Source of the DNA: Promethearchaeota archaeon
GTDB taxonomy: Archaea; Asgardarchaeota; Lokiarchaeia; Sigyniarchaeales; SOKP01
Reading direction: 5' to 3'
NCBI GenBank assembly: GCA_016839555.1
Contig: JAEOUA010000010.1
Coordinates: 384,001-448,000 of the forward strand
DNA: 64,000 nt
Under the pieces are notes generated by a model, which did no database searches, had not been told where the DNA came from, and saw only the letters and a list, made by a program, of their open reading frames with translations. The position numbers and the translations under genes were made by a program. The first letter of the stretch is position 1. Every line of letters starts with the position of its first letter. Positions 10,636 through 20,568 of this stretch are shown piece after piece.

Positions 10636-11763
10636 TTACCAATCAATTGGTTTATATTCTTGTAAAGGCAAATCAATAACTTTATTTAAGCGCTGCGATT
10701 CATATGATGCCAAAACAATTTCTAACCCGGCCCTTCCGTCATAGATGGTTGGTACCCAATCTAATGGAAATCCAACATCCTCATTTGAACGCCCCAAAAC
10801 CCGATTTACAAAAGTACGAATTTCGCGGGCATAAGCTAGATCCCCGGCATCTTTAGAAAAAGATATCTTTTTTTTCGAAGGTTTAGCCAATTTGTTTTGC
10901 CTTGAAAACAATGTGATTTTTGAAGGTTTCCTTTTATATTCATTAGGAACGTCAAAATAATAAGTACCTTCAGTACCATGAACTCTTCCCATTTCTTCTC
11001 CATATACTCCACCAAAAAATGCTTCCGAGCGTTCAAATATTGCAGTTGCCTCATTTTCTTTAAATGATAATAAAACCATGGAATGATCTTCATTCACTCT
11101 ATTTTCATTGATTCGTCGTATTTTGGCGCTTACATCCTTTACATCTCCGAACCACCATCTAAATAAATCAAAGTAATGCGGACCATGATCCAGAAGATCA
11201 CCTCCTCCGCAGCGGTTGTCTGATAATCTCCACATTCCTATCTCTTGAATTAAATCTTTTCTTGGATTTCTCCCGAGATCCGGCATGGAATGATACCAAA
11301 ACACAGATGCGTGAAATACATCCCCTATTTCCTTTTCAACAATTTTTTCCTTGATATATTGGAAGCCTAAATCAAATCTCTTTTGCGTAGCTGTTTGAAA
11401 AACAATTTTATTTTTTTCTACTACATTAATCATCCTATCAACTTCTTTTAAGCTTGTACCAAGTGGTTTTTCACATATAATATTTAAACCATTATTGGCA
11501 GCTCTCATTGCTTGTTCAGCATGAGCCCAGTGTGGGGAGCATATACTAATCGCGTCTATATCCGGATCGTCAATTAAATCATTTGGATCTTCATAAGTTT
11601 TTGGTACATTATAAAGATTTTGAACCTTTTTAAGATGTGCCTTAAGTGGATCAGAGATGGCCCATATTTCTGCGTAAGGAGATTCGTGGTATGCTGGTAA
11701 ATGCCCGATATTTGCGACCATTCCACATCCTATTAAGCCAATTTTGAGTTTATTAGATGCCAT
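10636..11763 (-). CDS. Gfo/Idh/MocA family oxidoreductase
   Basis: IGCG Rossmann start, CEKP and GGGDLLDHGPH motifs. Confidence 0.88.
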   Translation of the reverse strand: MASNKLKIGLIGCGMVANIGHLPAYHESPYAEIWAISDPLKAHLKKVQNLYNVPKTYEDPNDLIDDPDIDAISICSPHWAHAEQAMRAANNGLNIICEKPLGTSLKEVDRMINVVEKNKIVFQTATQKRFDLGFQYIKEKIVEKEIGDVFHASVFWYHSMPDLGRNPRKDLIQEIGMWRLSDNRCGGGDLLDHGPHYFDLFRWWFGDVKDVSAKIRRINENRVNEDHSMVLLSFKENEATAIFERSEAFFGGVYGEEMGRVHGTEGTYYFDVPNEYKRKPSKITLFSRQNKLAKPSKKKISFSKDAGDLAYAREIRTFVNRVLGRSNEDVGFPLDWVPTIYDGRAGLEIVLASYESQRLNKVIDLPLQEYKPIDW

Positions 11764-11849
11764 TTTAAATTTTAATATTTTATTATCAAATTCTTATTTT
11801 AATTCGAAGAAAGAAAACAATCATGAAATAAATAATTTATCGAATCAGT

Positions 11850-12923
11850 TTATTCATTAACATATCTTTTTTCGATAAAGGGGCTGGTCATTGCTCTCAA
11901 GACCGATTCATAACTCATATTGAATTTAATTTTATCTCCAACCTTAAATTTATTATTTTTTACATCAATAATTAGATAATCACTTGAGGCACCTAATATT
12001 TGAATGTCTGCTATTGGAACCAATCCTGTTTCCAAAATATCTTGTCTTCCGATATTTAATAGTGCTTGCGTTCTAAAACCCTTTCCTCTGATTTTTTTAT
12101 TTTTAAAGATGGAAGGTTCACCGAAAGCATTTGTTTTAAATTTACCTTTAGGAGTTTTTGGTTTTTTATCTAATTGAATTATTTCTCCCACAAGTGTAAA
12201 TATATCTTGCTCTAATTCAGCAATTGGGCTATCTTTAATTGATTCCAGCCCCATTAAAATCGCTGTACCCAATCTTAGATTATTGATTATGCCAATGTTT
12301 TTGGAAGACATAACCCAATTATAATTTGCTGAATTTCCACCAGAAATGAATTTTAATTTAATCCCAAACTGATTTTGGATATTTTCAGCAATATTGGAGA
12401 ATTCCATCATATTAGTATCATCAGGAATTACTCCGGCAAAGCATTTTAAATTTGTTCCTATTCCAAGTAATTCAACTCCTTCTAATTTGAGCGTTTCCTT
12501 AAAAATGGAGTCTAATTTATCGGGCATAATGCCTTCCCTTAGATCTCCCATTTCTAGCATTAAAATGATGCAATGTTGTTTATTCTGCCTCTTTGCTTCT
12601 TCAGAAAGCATCCTTATTACTTTTAGTTCTGAATTTAAGCTCATATCCGTAAATTTAATCACCTGCTTAATTTCTGAAACGGCAGGATTTCTAATTAAAA
12701 TAAATTTTGCTTTAATTCCCGCCTCTCTCATTTTTATAATATTATTTATCCTGGAATCCCCAATATATTCAATATCTGCATCAACAATTGTTTTCGCTAT
12801 TCTAGGATCTCCTAAAACAAGTTTAGTTATCGCAAAAATAGAAATTCCTTTCTTTTCTAGTATTTTTTTTAAGAATTTCGCATTATTACGAATTTTTTCC
12901 AAATTAATTTCAATATAAGCCAG
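11850..12923 (-). CDS. Alanine/ornithine racemase family PLP enzyme
   Basis: AITK (PLP lysine), DSRI, EMGDLREG, GGNS and GASSD motifs. The ORF track starts at 12902; the likely start is CTG at 12923 (AYIEINLEKI). Confidence 0.82.
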   Translation of the reverse strand: MAYIEINLEKIRNNAKFLKKILEKKGISIFAITKLVLGDPRIAKTIVDADIEYIGDSRINNIIKMREAGIKAKFILIRNPAVSEIKQVIKFTDMSLNSELKVIRMLSEEAKRQNKQHCIILMLEMGDLREGIMPDKLDSIFKETLKLEGVELLGIGTNLKCFAGVIPDDTNMMEFSNIAENIQNQFGIKLKFISGGNSANYNWVMSSKNIGIINNLRLGTAILMGLESIKDSPIAELEQDIFTLVGEIIQLDKKPKTPKGKFKTNAFGEPSIFKNKKIRGKGFRTQALLNIGRQDILETGLVPIADIQILGASSDYLIIDVKNNKFKVGDKIKFNMSYESVLRAMTSPFIEKRYVNE

Positions 12924-13049
12924 TTGAAATCACTATAAATTATATTGCTTATTCTTTTAAATTAAGACTCTTACTTATAAATTTCATTTAATCAAAATCT
13001 AAAAGGTATAGGAATAAATTTATTTTTAGATTATCTATTTACATTAAGA

Positions 13050-14021
13050 ATGAAAATTAATGCAATTCTCTTAAATCCGACAATAGATATAATTTATGAA
13101 ATAGATGATTTTAAAGTCGGAGGAACTTTCAAAGTTAAAAAAAAGGAAATATTTCCAGTGGGCAAGGCCATATCATTCTCATTAGCAGCACGAGAATTGG
13201 ATAAAAAGATCAGATTAAATGTTATAGCATTTATTGGAAAAAATGAGATAAATCTCTATAGGCGATTTTTAAGTTCTAAAAATATAGCTATTAAATTAAT
13301 TAAAATTGATGGAGAAACGCGCTCTAACAAAACTATTAATGATCCATTAAATCACACAACAACCCATATTAGAGAACGTGGATTTCAATTAAAAAAAAAT
13401 AAGATTCAAGAAATGAAAAAGATATTAGAAAAGGAGATAGAAAACGATGATCTGTGTGTTTTTTCTGGCTCTATCCCCCCAAAAACGGATGACCATATTT
13501 ATTATGACTTAATCCAATTAAGTAAGAAAAAAGGAGCAAAATGTGCCTTGGATTCAAGTGGAAAAGAATTAACTAATGGGATAAAGGCACACCCTCATAT
13601 AATAAAACCAAATTTAATAGAACTATCGCAAATATTGGACTTAGAGGAGTTAAGATCTTTAGAGTTTAAAGAACCTGAACAAGATTGCCGTAAGATAATT
13701 AAACAAGCTAAAACATTATTGAAGGATGGAATAGAAATTATTTTAATTACTTTAGGTGCAAAAGGTGCGATAATATTGACATCTAATTATGCATATTATG
13801 GAAAAATTGAAATTAAAAATGTTATTGACACTGTAGGATCAGGAGATTCGTTCTTAGCAGGTTTTTTAGTAACTTATATTCATAATAAAAATTTGGAAGA
13901 TTGCTTTAAATATGCTTTAGCTGCGGGTGCAGCAAATACGATGAAATATGGACCCGGTATATTCAATTTTGATTTAGTGAATCAATTAATAAGGAGAATA
14001 GAATTAATTAAGATAAATTAA
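13050..14021 (+). CDS. 1-phosphofructokinase family hexose kinase (PfkB)
   Basis: LNPTID, SGSIPP, IKPNLIEL and DTVGSGDSF motifs. Confidence 0.88.
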   Translation: MKINAILLNPTIDIIYEIDDFKVGGTFKVKKKEIFPVGKAISFSLAARELDKKIRLNVIAFIGKNEINLYRRFLSSKNIAIKLIKIDGETRSNKTINDPLNHTTTHIRERGFQLKKNKIQEMKKILEKEIENDDLCVFSGSIPPKTDDHIYYDLIQLSKKKGAKCALDSSGKELTNGIKAHPHIIKPNLIELSQILDLEELRSLEFKEPEQDCRKIIKQAKTLLKDGIEIILITLGAKGAIILTSNYAYYGKIEIKNVIDTVGSGDSFLAGFLVTYIHNKNLEDCFKYALAAGAANTMKYGPGIFNFDLVNQLIRRIELIKIN

Positions 14022-14059
14022 CAAAATTTAAGAAAAAACAATAGATTAAAAATTATATT

Positions 14060-15367
14060 TTAAAAAAAATCCTTCAAAACAATGGTATCTTCTCTTTCAG
14101 GACCAATTGAAAGCATTGCGATTTCTGTTTGTAATTGTTCAGCGATAAAATTAACATAATTCTTTATTTCTTTTGGCAAGCTTTCAAAGCCACTATTTGC
14201 AATTTCTGTCCACTCCTCTCTTGATCTCTGCTTCCATCCATTGAATATTTTATAGATGGGGGTACATTTTTTCACTTTTTCTGGATGAATTGGCCAAGTA
14301 TCTAAAGCCTTTCCTTCCATCTCATAGCCTATACATATATTTAAAGGATCTATTCCTTCAAGTGCGTCTAATAACATGATTGCTATATAATCTACTCCAT
14401 TAAGCATTACGGAATATTTTATATTGAATAGATCTAGCCATCCTACTCTTCGAGGCCTTCCAGTAGTCGTACCATATTCATTTCCTTGTTGTCTTATTTT
14501 ATCACCTATCTCATCTTTTAATTCAGTTGGAACAAACCCTTTTCCCACACGGGAAGTGTAAGCTTTTATTACTCCCAATATGGTTCCAATTTTCTTTGGA
14601 GATACCCCAGCACCGCTACAAATTCCTAATGCATTTGAATTTGAAGAGGTAACAAATGGATAAAATCCATGATCTATTCCCAGGAGGGTTCCTTGAGCAC
14701 CTTCAAAGATAACTTTCTTACCTGAATCTATAGCTTGATTTAAATAATAGGCAGTGTCGATAACATATGGTTTTAATTTCTCGCCATATTCTTTAAACTC
14801 ATCATAAATATCATTAAAATTAATATCCCAATCGGGATCATAACAATTGATGATCCTCTTCTTTATAAGATATAAATTTTTAAGTTTTTTCTTAAGGATT
14901 TTCGGATGAGTTAAATCAAAGATTCTTAAACCATAACGAGAAGCTTTATCAGCATACGTTGGACCGATTCCTCTTTTCGTAGTACCCACCCGGTATTCTG
15001 TTTTAGATTCTTCTTCGAGTCCATCAAGAATTCGATGAAAAGGGCAAATTACATGCGCGGTAGAACTTAATTTTAAGTTTATTTCCTTGTTATTTTCTCT
15101 TAAATTGTCCATTTCATTCAATAAAACTTTTGGATCAACCACACAACCATTTGCTATCATTACTTCTTTTTCTAATACGGCTCCAGATGGCATGATGTGG
15201 AATTTAAACTTTTTATTATTATGTACAACTGTATGTCCCGCATTATTTCCTCCTTGAAACCTTACTACTAAATCCGCTTTTTGAGCAAGATAATCAGTTA
15301 TTTTTCCTTTCCCTTCGTCTCCGAAACTGAGCCCGATTACGGCTATTGTGTTTTTATTATTTTTCAT
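14060..15367 (-). CDS. purA: Adenylosuccinate synthetase
   Basis: GDEGKGK, GGNNAGHT, GTTKRGIGPTY, EGAQG and TTTGRPRRVGWLD motifs. Confidence 0.97.
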   Translation of the reverse strand: MKNNKNTIAVIGLSFGDEGKGKITDYLAQKADLVVRFQGGNNAGHTVVHNNKKFKFHIMPSGAVLEKEVMIANGCVVDPKVLLNEMDNLRENNKEINLKLSSTAHVICPFHRILDGLEEESKTEYRVGTTKRGIGPTYADKASRYGLRIFDLTHPKILKKKLKNLYLIKKRIINCYDPDWDINFNDIYDEFKEYGEKLKPYVIDTAYYLNQAIDSGKKVIFEGAQGTLLGIDHGFYPFVTSSNSNALGICSGAGVSPKKIGTILGVIKAYTSRVGKGFVPTELKDEIGDKIRQQGNEYGTTTGRPRRVGWLDLFNIKYSVMLNGVDYIAIMLLDALEGIDPLNICIGYEMEGKALDTWPIHPEKVKKCTPIYKIFNGWKQRSREEWTEIANSGFESLPKEIKNYVNFIAEQLQTEIAMLSIGPEREDTIVLKDFF

Positions 15368-15890
15368 AAAACTTTTTCTCGAAGCAAGTTTGCTTATAAG
15401 TTTTGATTTATTAATATTAATGCTTAGTAATTCTGCGATAAGAAATCTATTTTAATCCAAAATTGAATATTAAGGAAATCTAAAAAATGTTTGCTTCTTT
15501 TTATTGATTTATAAAATAAAAAATCAAATCAAAAATTAAATGAGTTTAAAAAAGATTTTAATAATTATTTAGGAAAATTCCATTGAATTTAAGAAGTAGA
15601 GCAAACAAAATTATAAAACTGTTAGTCAGAGTCGCCTTTTTATAAGATTAAAAAATATTATTATTAAATCATATTTAATATTAGATTCTCTTTAACGCTG
15701 TTCTAAGAAATTTGCCCAATTATAAAAATTAAATAAAATTTAAGCCTCTATGAAAATTTTGAAGAAATTCTAAAAAGAATTATGAGTTTAAAATGATTTA
15801 TATAATAGTTTAGTATAAATCATACAAAGAAAAATTTATATATATTTTCGTCTAATATTTAAATGGTTTTAAAAAACCAGTGAATTTAAG

Positions 15891-16763
15891 ATGAAGATAT
15901 TAAAATTTAAAAAATTAGATAAATTGTTAATTCTTTTTTTGGTTGGGGTTATTGGGGTGTTTTCAGGGCTATTTAGCTTATCAACTCCCAGCTTCGTGAA
16001 CGAAAATAATTATAACTTAGCTCTTATAAACCCAAACTTCAGTGTTATTCACACAGCGCAAGGATATTATAACGATTCCCAACATGATTTTTATGAAGCT
16101 ACTTATTGTTATCCTATACCTAGTAATATGGAACCTGATCAAATGTATGATTTAAAGAATGTTACTTGGGATGGTAATTATCAAATCAACCTGTCGGTTT
16201 ATGGAATATTAAAAGCATCTGATGGGAATATGACAGCTGATCCTTTTGAACTCCACTTTGGATTGATCATGGATATCACCTACACAATTGTCATAGGGAC
16301 GTATTATGATGATGATAATGATGAGATAAGAGCCTATATTGAAAAGATTAATTGGCAACCTTATGTAACATGGAGTTATTGGAATGGTTCAGGTTGGGTT
16401 GATTCCCGATCTAAGATGAATAATGCTGGGGACACTAATTGGGATGTCTGTGATAATAATCCTGATGATAGTTCAATGATCTCTATTAAAATCCCTGGTG
16501 GGACAGGTTTTAACACAAGTGTTTTTTTTTATGGGAAATCTAGGATACATCTTCAGAGTGGCTACGCAGAAGACTTTATCCCTATTGGTCCATGCGAACA
16601 ACAAATGGAATTAGAATCACTTCTAATTTTACAAGCACTAACCCAAGAACCTGAGTCTACCGCGATTCCAAGCTATCCCCCAATGATGATCTCAATAACT
16701 TTAATGATAATCATTAGTATTATATGGATCTCATTGAAGAAAAAGAGCATTGATTATAACTAA
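15891..16763 (+). CDS. Secreted/surface glycoprotein with C-terminal IP(S/G)Y-TM-basic anchor
   Basis: N-terminal signal-like segment, several NxS/T sequons, C-terminal AIPSYP + hydrophobic helix + KKK. Confidence 0.6.
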   Translation: MKILKFKKLDKLLILFLVGVIGVFSGLFSLSTPSFVNENNYNLALINPNFSVIHTAQGYYNDSQHDFYEATYCYPIPSNMEPDQMYDLKNVTWDGNYQINLSVYGILKASDGNMTADPFELHFGLIMDITYTIVIGTYYDDDNDEIRAYIEKINWQPYVTWSYWNGSGWVDSRSKMNNAGDTNWDVCDNNPDDSSMISIKIPGGTGFNTSVFFYGKSRIHLQSGYAEDFIPIGPCEQQMELESLLILQALTQEPESTAIPSYPPMMISITLMIIISIIWISLKKKSIDYN

Positions 16764-17028
16764 AGGAATGTATTCTAATTCTAATTAATTTTAAACTTTT
16801 TTTTCATTTTTGATTTTTTTTAGATTTTACGCAAATTATCTTATTAAATTTCATCATTTTTTTAAATTTTAAACTAAAATAACAATTTTAATTTCTTCTT
16901 TTTTTTCTTATAAAGATTCAAAATCTCTTATTTTTTTATAATTTGATTCATCCAAGAGGTACTATATATTTTTATAGGTGTTTTGTCTTAAAAGAGATAG
17001 AATAATTTAAAATTTCTTCTTTATTAAT

Positions 17029-17955
17029 ATGTCCTTTTCCAACAAGTCCACGATTCTTTTTGACTTGGCACACAACGAAATGCTCTCGCCTTCAAACTCC
17101 TCTGATAATGAGTATTATGATTTCATTAAATTACTGGAAAATTTAAATTTAGACTTAATTAAGAACGATAATTCCGAGTTAAATGAAGAATTATTACAAA
17201 ATGTAGATGTTCTCATTATAGGAAACCCATTAAATGATTTCTTCTCAAAAACGGAGATAGAAACGATTATTGATTTTATACGACAAGGAGGTGCTCTTTT
17301 GCTCATCAGTGAATATGGTGCGGATTACCTACAAAAAACAAATCTTAATGATATTTCAGCTAAGTATTTTGATATTCTCTTTGAAAAAAACATAATTAAG
17401 GAAAAAAACGACATTAATGAAAAAGGCTCCAGTATTCTTTCGATTCAGTCATTTCCAAAGCATATGATAACTATTCAAATGAGAGAAGTTATTGTTGGAG
17501 GAGCTTGTTCATTATTATTAAATAAAAATGCGTTTTCACTATTGGAATTAGATGAAAAAGCTTGGTCTGAAAAATATAATGAATCAAGAGATGAATGGGC
17601 CCGAGAAGAAAAGAAAAATAGATATGTTGTTGCTGCGTGTAACGAATTTGGGAGGGGAAAAGTTGCAGCAATAGGAGATATTGATATTTTCTCGAATGAC
17701 CCCAATTTTGGAATTAATAAATTAGATAATAGAAAATTCATTACAAACTTATTTAATTGGTTAACAAAACCAATTGAGGATAAAGATGCAATCCATTGGG
17801 CATTAAAAAAAATAGGGAACTTAGAATTTCAATTAAAAAACACTCATGATAAAATTAATAATATCATTGAGACCCTCTCTTTTTTAGAAAAACGTATCTC
17901 TCGAATTGAGAGCAATATAGCTCTTATTAGAAAAGACGAAAATATTCGCTTATAG
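17029..17955 (+). CDS. GATase-like GIFT (GldG/IFT52)/DUF4350-type domain protein with C-terminal coiled coil
   Basis: ILFDLAHNE, DVLIIGNP, FIRQGGALLLISE, GRGKVAAIGD..IFSN and DNRKF..NLFNWL, then a heptad-rich tail. Confidence 0.6.
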   Translation: MSFSNKSTILFDLAHNEMLSPSNSSDNEYYDFIKLLENLNLDLIKNDNSELNEELLQNVDVLIIGNPLNDFFSKTEIETIIDFIRQGGALLLISEYGADYLQKTNLNDISAKYFDILFEKNIIKEKNDINEKGSSILSIQSFPKHMITIQMREVIVGGACSLLLNKNAFSLLELDEKAWSEKYNESRDEWAREEKKNRYVVAACNEFGRGKVAAIGDIDIFSNDPNFGINKLDNRKFITNLFNWLTKPIEDKDAIHWALKKIGNLEFQLKNTHDKINNIIETLSFLEKRISRIESNIALIRKDENIRL

Positions 17956-18008
17956 AGATTTAAAAAATCGATTTGTTAATAATTTAAAATAAAATAATAC
18001 TTTCAAAC

Positions 18009-19223
18009 TCAATCTTCTTTTTCTATTTCGATTGGGATAAGATGATACTTTCTATTTCCAAGCTTCATATCCTCCGCTGCTTTTAGTTGCAGCTCCCAAT
18101 GATTTGATTTGACCCCCTCAATATTTAAGTTTAATTCATTTTTATCAAACCGTGGGATATAGGAAAACCAATCATCCTTTTCATTCAATGACAATCCTTT
18201 TATTTCTGTTAATATAGAATAAGGATTCATTAAAGAATCATGAACTAAATCAACACACGCTTGATCCAGAGCTACCGGATCATTAGAAGACAGAATGCCA
18301 ATATCATTTACAAAAGGAACATCAGAGCCTCCAGAGCAATCGCATTTCCATGTTATGTCAATAGCATAATTAATATATGAAATATTATCATTTCCATAAT
18401 AATCTACCACTCCTTTCGCATTATCTACCATCTGATAAATAAATTGCTCCCTTGGAACTGTTCCAATGTCGATAGCTCCTTCTGCATCACAAACAGAATT
18501 ACACATGTAACAATAACGGCATTTTTCCTCTAAAAATTCTAATTGATTATTCTTATCTCGAGTTAAAGCTCCAGTGGGACAAATTTCAATACATTTATTA
18601 CATTCTGGAGAACACTTTTCAAAATTAAATTTGAATGTTTTTCCGGTATGAGCTTCCGTTTTTCCTCCTTTAGAAACGCACCCAATTCCTAAGTTTTTAA
18701 TGGCACCACCGAAGCTCGCACTTGAATGCCCTTTAAAATGCGATGCCAAGATCATATGATCATATTCCTTCAATCTGCCTGCCACACGTACTTCCTCAAA
18801 GTATTTTCCATTTATTTTTTGGTTTATGTAATTAAGACCTTCAGGACCATCTAGCATAAGAAGGGGAGCTCCCATAGTTGTTTGAGTAAATCCATGCCTT
18901 AAGGCAACTTCTAGATATTCTTTCTCATTTGCACGCCCTCCATATTCTCCTTTTGCCCCGGGAACGCCCCAGCCGCAAGATTCAGCCACACTCGGATATG
19001 CTCCTAGACTTTTAATATAATCGCATAAAAATCTTATATAACTGGGGCGTAAATATCTGGTATTTTCAAGTGCCCCAAAATGAGTCTTTATAACAACTTT
19101 ATTATTTGGTTTTATTTTGTTTTCAAACCCAATTTTTTGCAACGCAAGAGGTCCTTTAAAGCGAGCCATACTTCCTTTTTTGCCGTATGTTCTCGCAGAA
19201 AGATAATATACATCTGATTTCAT
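18009..19223 (-). CDS. DUF362 domain Fe-S protein
   Basis: IKTHFG, SHFKGH, GGAIKNLGIG, ferredoxin Cys motifs, CDC and DPVALD. Confidence 0.85.
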   Translation of the reverse strand: MKSDVYYLSARTYGKKGSMARFKGPLALQKIGFENKIKPNNKVVIKTHFGALENTRYLRPSYIRFLCDYIKSLGAYPSVAESCGWGVPGAKGEYGGRANEKEYLEVALRHGFTQTTMGAPLLMLDGPEGLNYINQKINGKYFEEVRVAGRLKEYDHMILASHFKGHSSASFGGAIKNLGIGCVSKGGKTEAHTGKTFKFNFEKCSPECNKCIEICPTGALTRDKNNQLEFLEEKCRYCYMCNSVCDAEGAIDIGTVPREQFIYQMVDNAKGVVDYYGNDNISYINYAIDITWKCDCSGGSDVPFVNDIGILSSNDPVALDQACVDLVHDSLMNPYSILTEIKGLSLNEKDDWFSYIPRFDKNELNLNIEGVKSNHWELQLKAAEDMKLGNRKYHLIPIEIEKED

Positions 19224-19371
19224 AACTGCTTAAATCAATCCTTTAGCTTAAGTTAATCACATCTAGAAATTTTATACTCAAAATAAATTTTGTATTTATT
19301 AATTATACAAAAATTATTTTAGTTTTGCTTAATTCTCTTTCATGAAAGGATATTTGAAAGGATGATTATAA

Positions 19372-19602
19372 TTGGCCCGATGTCCCGAATGTGCTGGAAA
19401 AATGACTTATAATCCCGGCACAAAAAGCATGGTATGTAATTCTTGTGGATTATCTTTAAAGAGACATGAATTAGATAGTTATTGGAAAAAAATAAAAGAA
19501 GAAAATATTAAAGATCTAGACCAATCTGAGCAGAAAAAGCAGCGTAGGAAAGAATGGCTTGAGTGGTACTCCAAATCAAAAGAAGAAAAGGAGAGATATT
19601 AA
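19372..19602 (+). CDS. Small zinc-ribbon protein
   Basis: CPECAG...CNSCG followed by a charged helix; TTG start. Confidence 0.7.
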   Translation: MARCPECAGKMTYNPGTKSMVCNSCGLSLKRHELDSYWKKIKEENIKDLDQSEQKKQRRKEWLEWYSKSKEEKERY

Positions 19603-19743
19603 GCAAGAATTATAATGAAATAATAGAAAATTAAAGAAGAGATCATTCTAATTTAATTTACTTTTTGAACATAAATATATTTACTTAATTTTATTTTTTT
19701 TAATTGCGTTTGAAATTAATATATATTTTAATATTTATGGATA

Positions 19744-20514
19744 ATGAAAGCTCTCAAATTTAAGGTCCTTTTGTTGGGCGTTTCAATGGTCGGAAAGACC
19801 TCTTTAATGTATAGATTTTTAAATAATACTTTCAATGAGAACTATATTGCAACCCTTGGAGCGCAGTTTTTATCAAAAGAAATAATAATCTGTTCAGAAG
19901 AAGGTGAAGAAATTTGTATAAAATTAATTATTTGGGATATAATCGGACAATCAAATCCATATTTTGATGATTTAAGGACCACATTTTATAGAGGAGCAGA
20001 AGGAGCCTTTCTCATTTTTGATCTTACCAGGGAGGAAACCCTCGAAAAATTAAACTCATGGCATAAACAACTCAATTCTGTTTTAAATAAGAAGATACCC
20101 CTTATTTTGATTGGAAATAAACTAGATTTGATCGAGAATAAATTACCTTTCCCAATTCAAAAAAAAGCTGAAAATTTCGCCAATAACATAAAAAGCATGT
20201 ATATTAAAACATCTGCTAAAACTGGAAAAAATATAAATGATGCATTTTTGAAATTAGCATATATATTAGCCAGAAAAGCAGGATATGAGTTTGAAGATAA
20301 AAAAGTAATAAACCGAATTTCTGATAAGGAGAGTGAAAATGAATTATTTATTAAAAGCAGAGTGCAAGAGTATATTCAATCAAAAGGATATAGAGTTAGT
20401 GACTCATTGCTTAATGGTTTAGTTTTAAACAAACGAATCACAGAAATTCTCGACAAAGCTATAATAAGAGCAAAACATAATGGAAGAAAAACCGTAAAAT
20501 TAATAGATATATAG
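19744..20514 (+). CDS. Rab-like small GTPase fused to a C-terminal histone fold
   Basis: G1 GVSMVGKTS, G3 WDIIGQ, G4 NKLD, G5 TSAK; tail LFIKSRVQEYI...RVSD...AIIRAKHNGRKTVKLIDI is a short prokaryotic histone fold. Confidence 0.88.
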   Translation: MKALKFKVLLLGVSMVGKTSLMYRFLNNTFNENYIATLGAQFLSKEIIICSEEGEEICIKLIIWDIIGQSNPYFDDLRTTFYRGAEGAFLIFDLTREETLEKLNSWHKQLNSVLNKKIPLILIGNKLDLIENKLPFPIQKKAENFANNIKSMYIKTSAKTGKNINDAFLKLAYILARKAGYEFEDKKVINRISDKESENELFIKSRVQEYIQSKGYRVSDSLLNGLVLNKRITEILDKAIIRAKHNGRKTVKLIDI

Positions 20515-20568
20515 TAATTTTCATTTTGATTTTCTAAACTTTATCTGAATTGTCAAAAGAAGTAAAGA

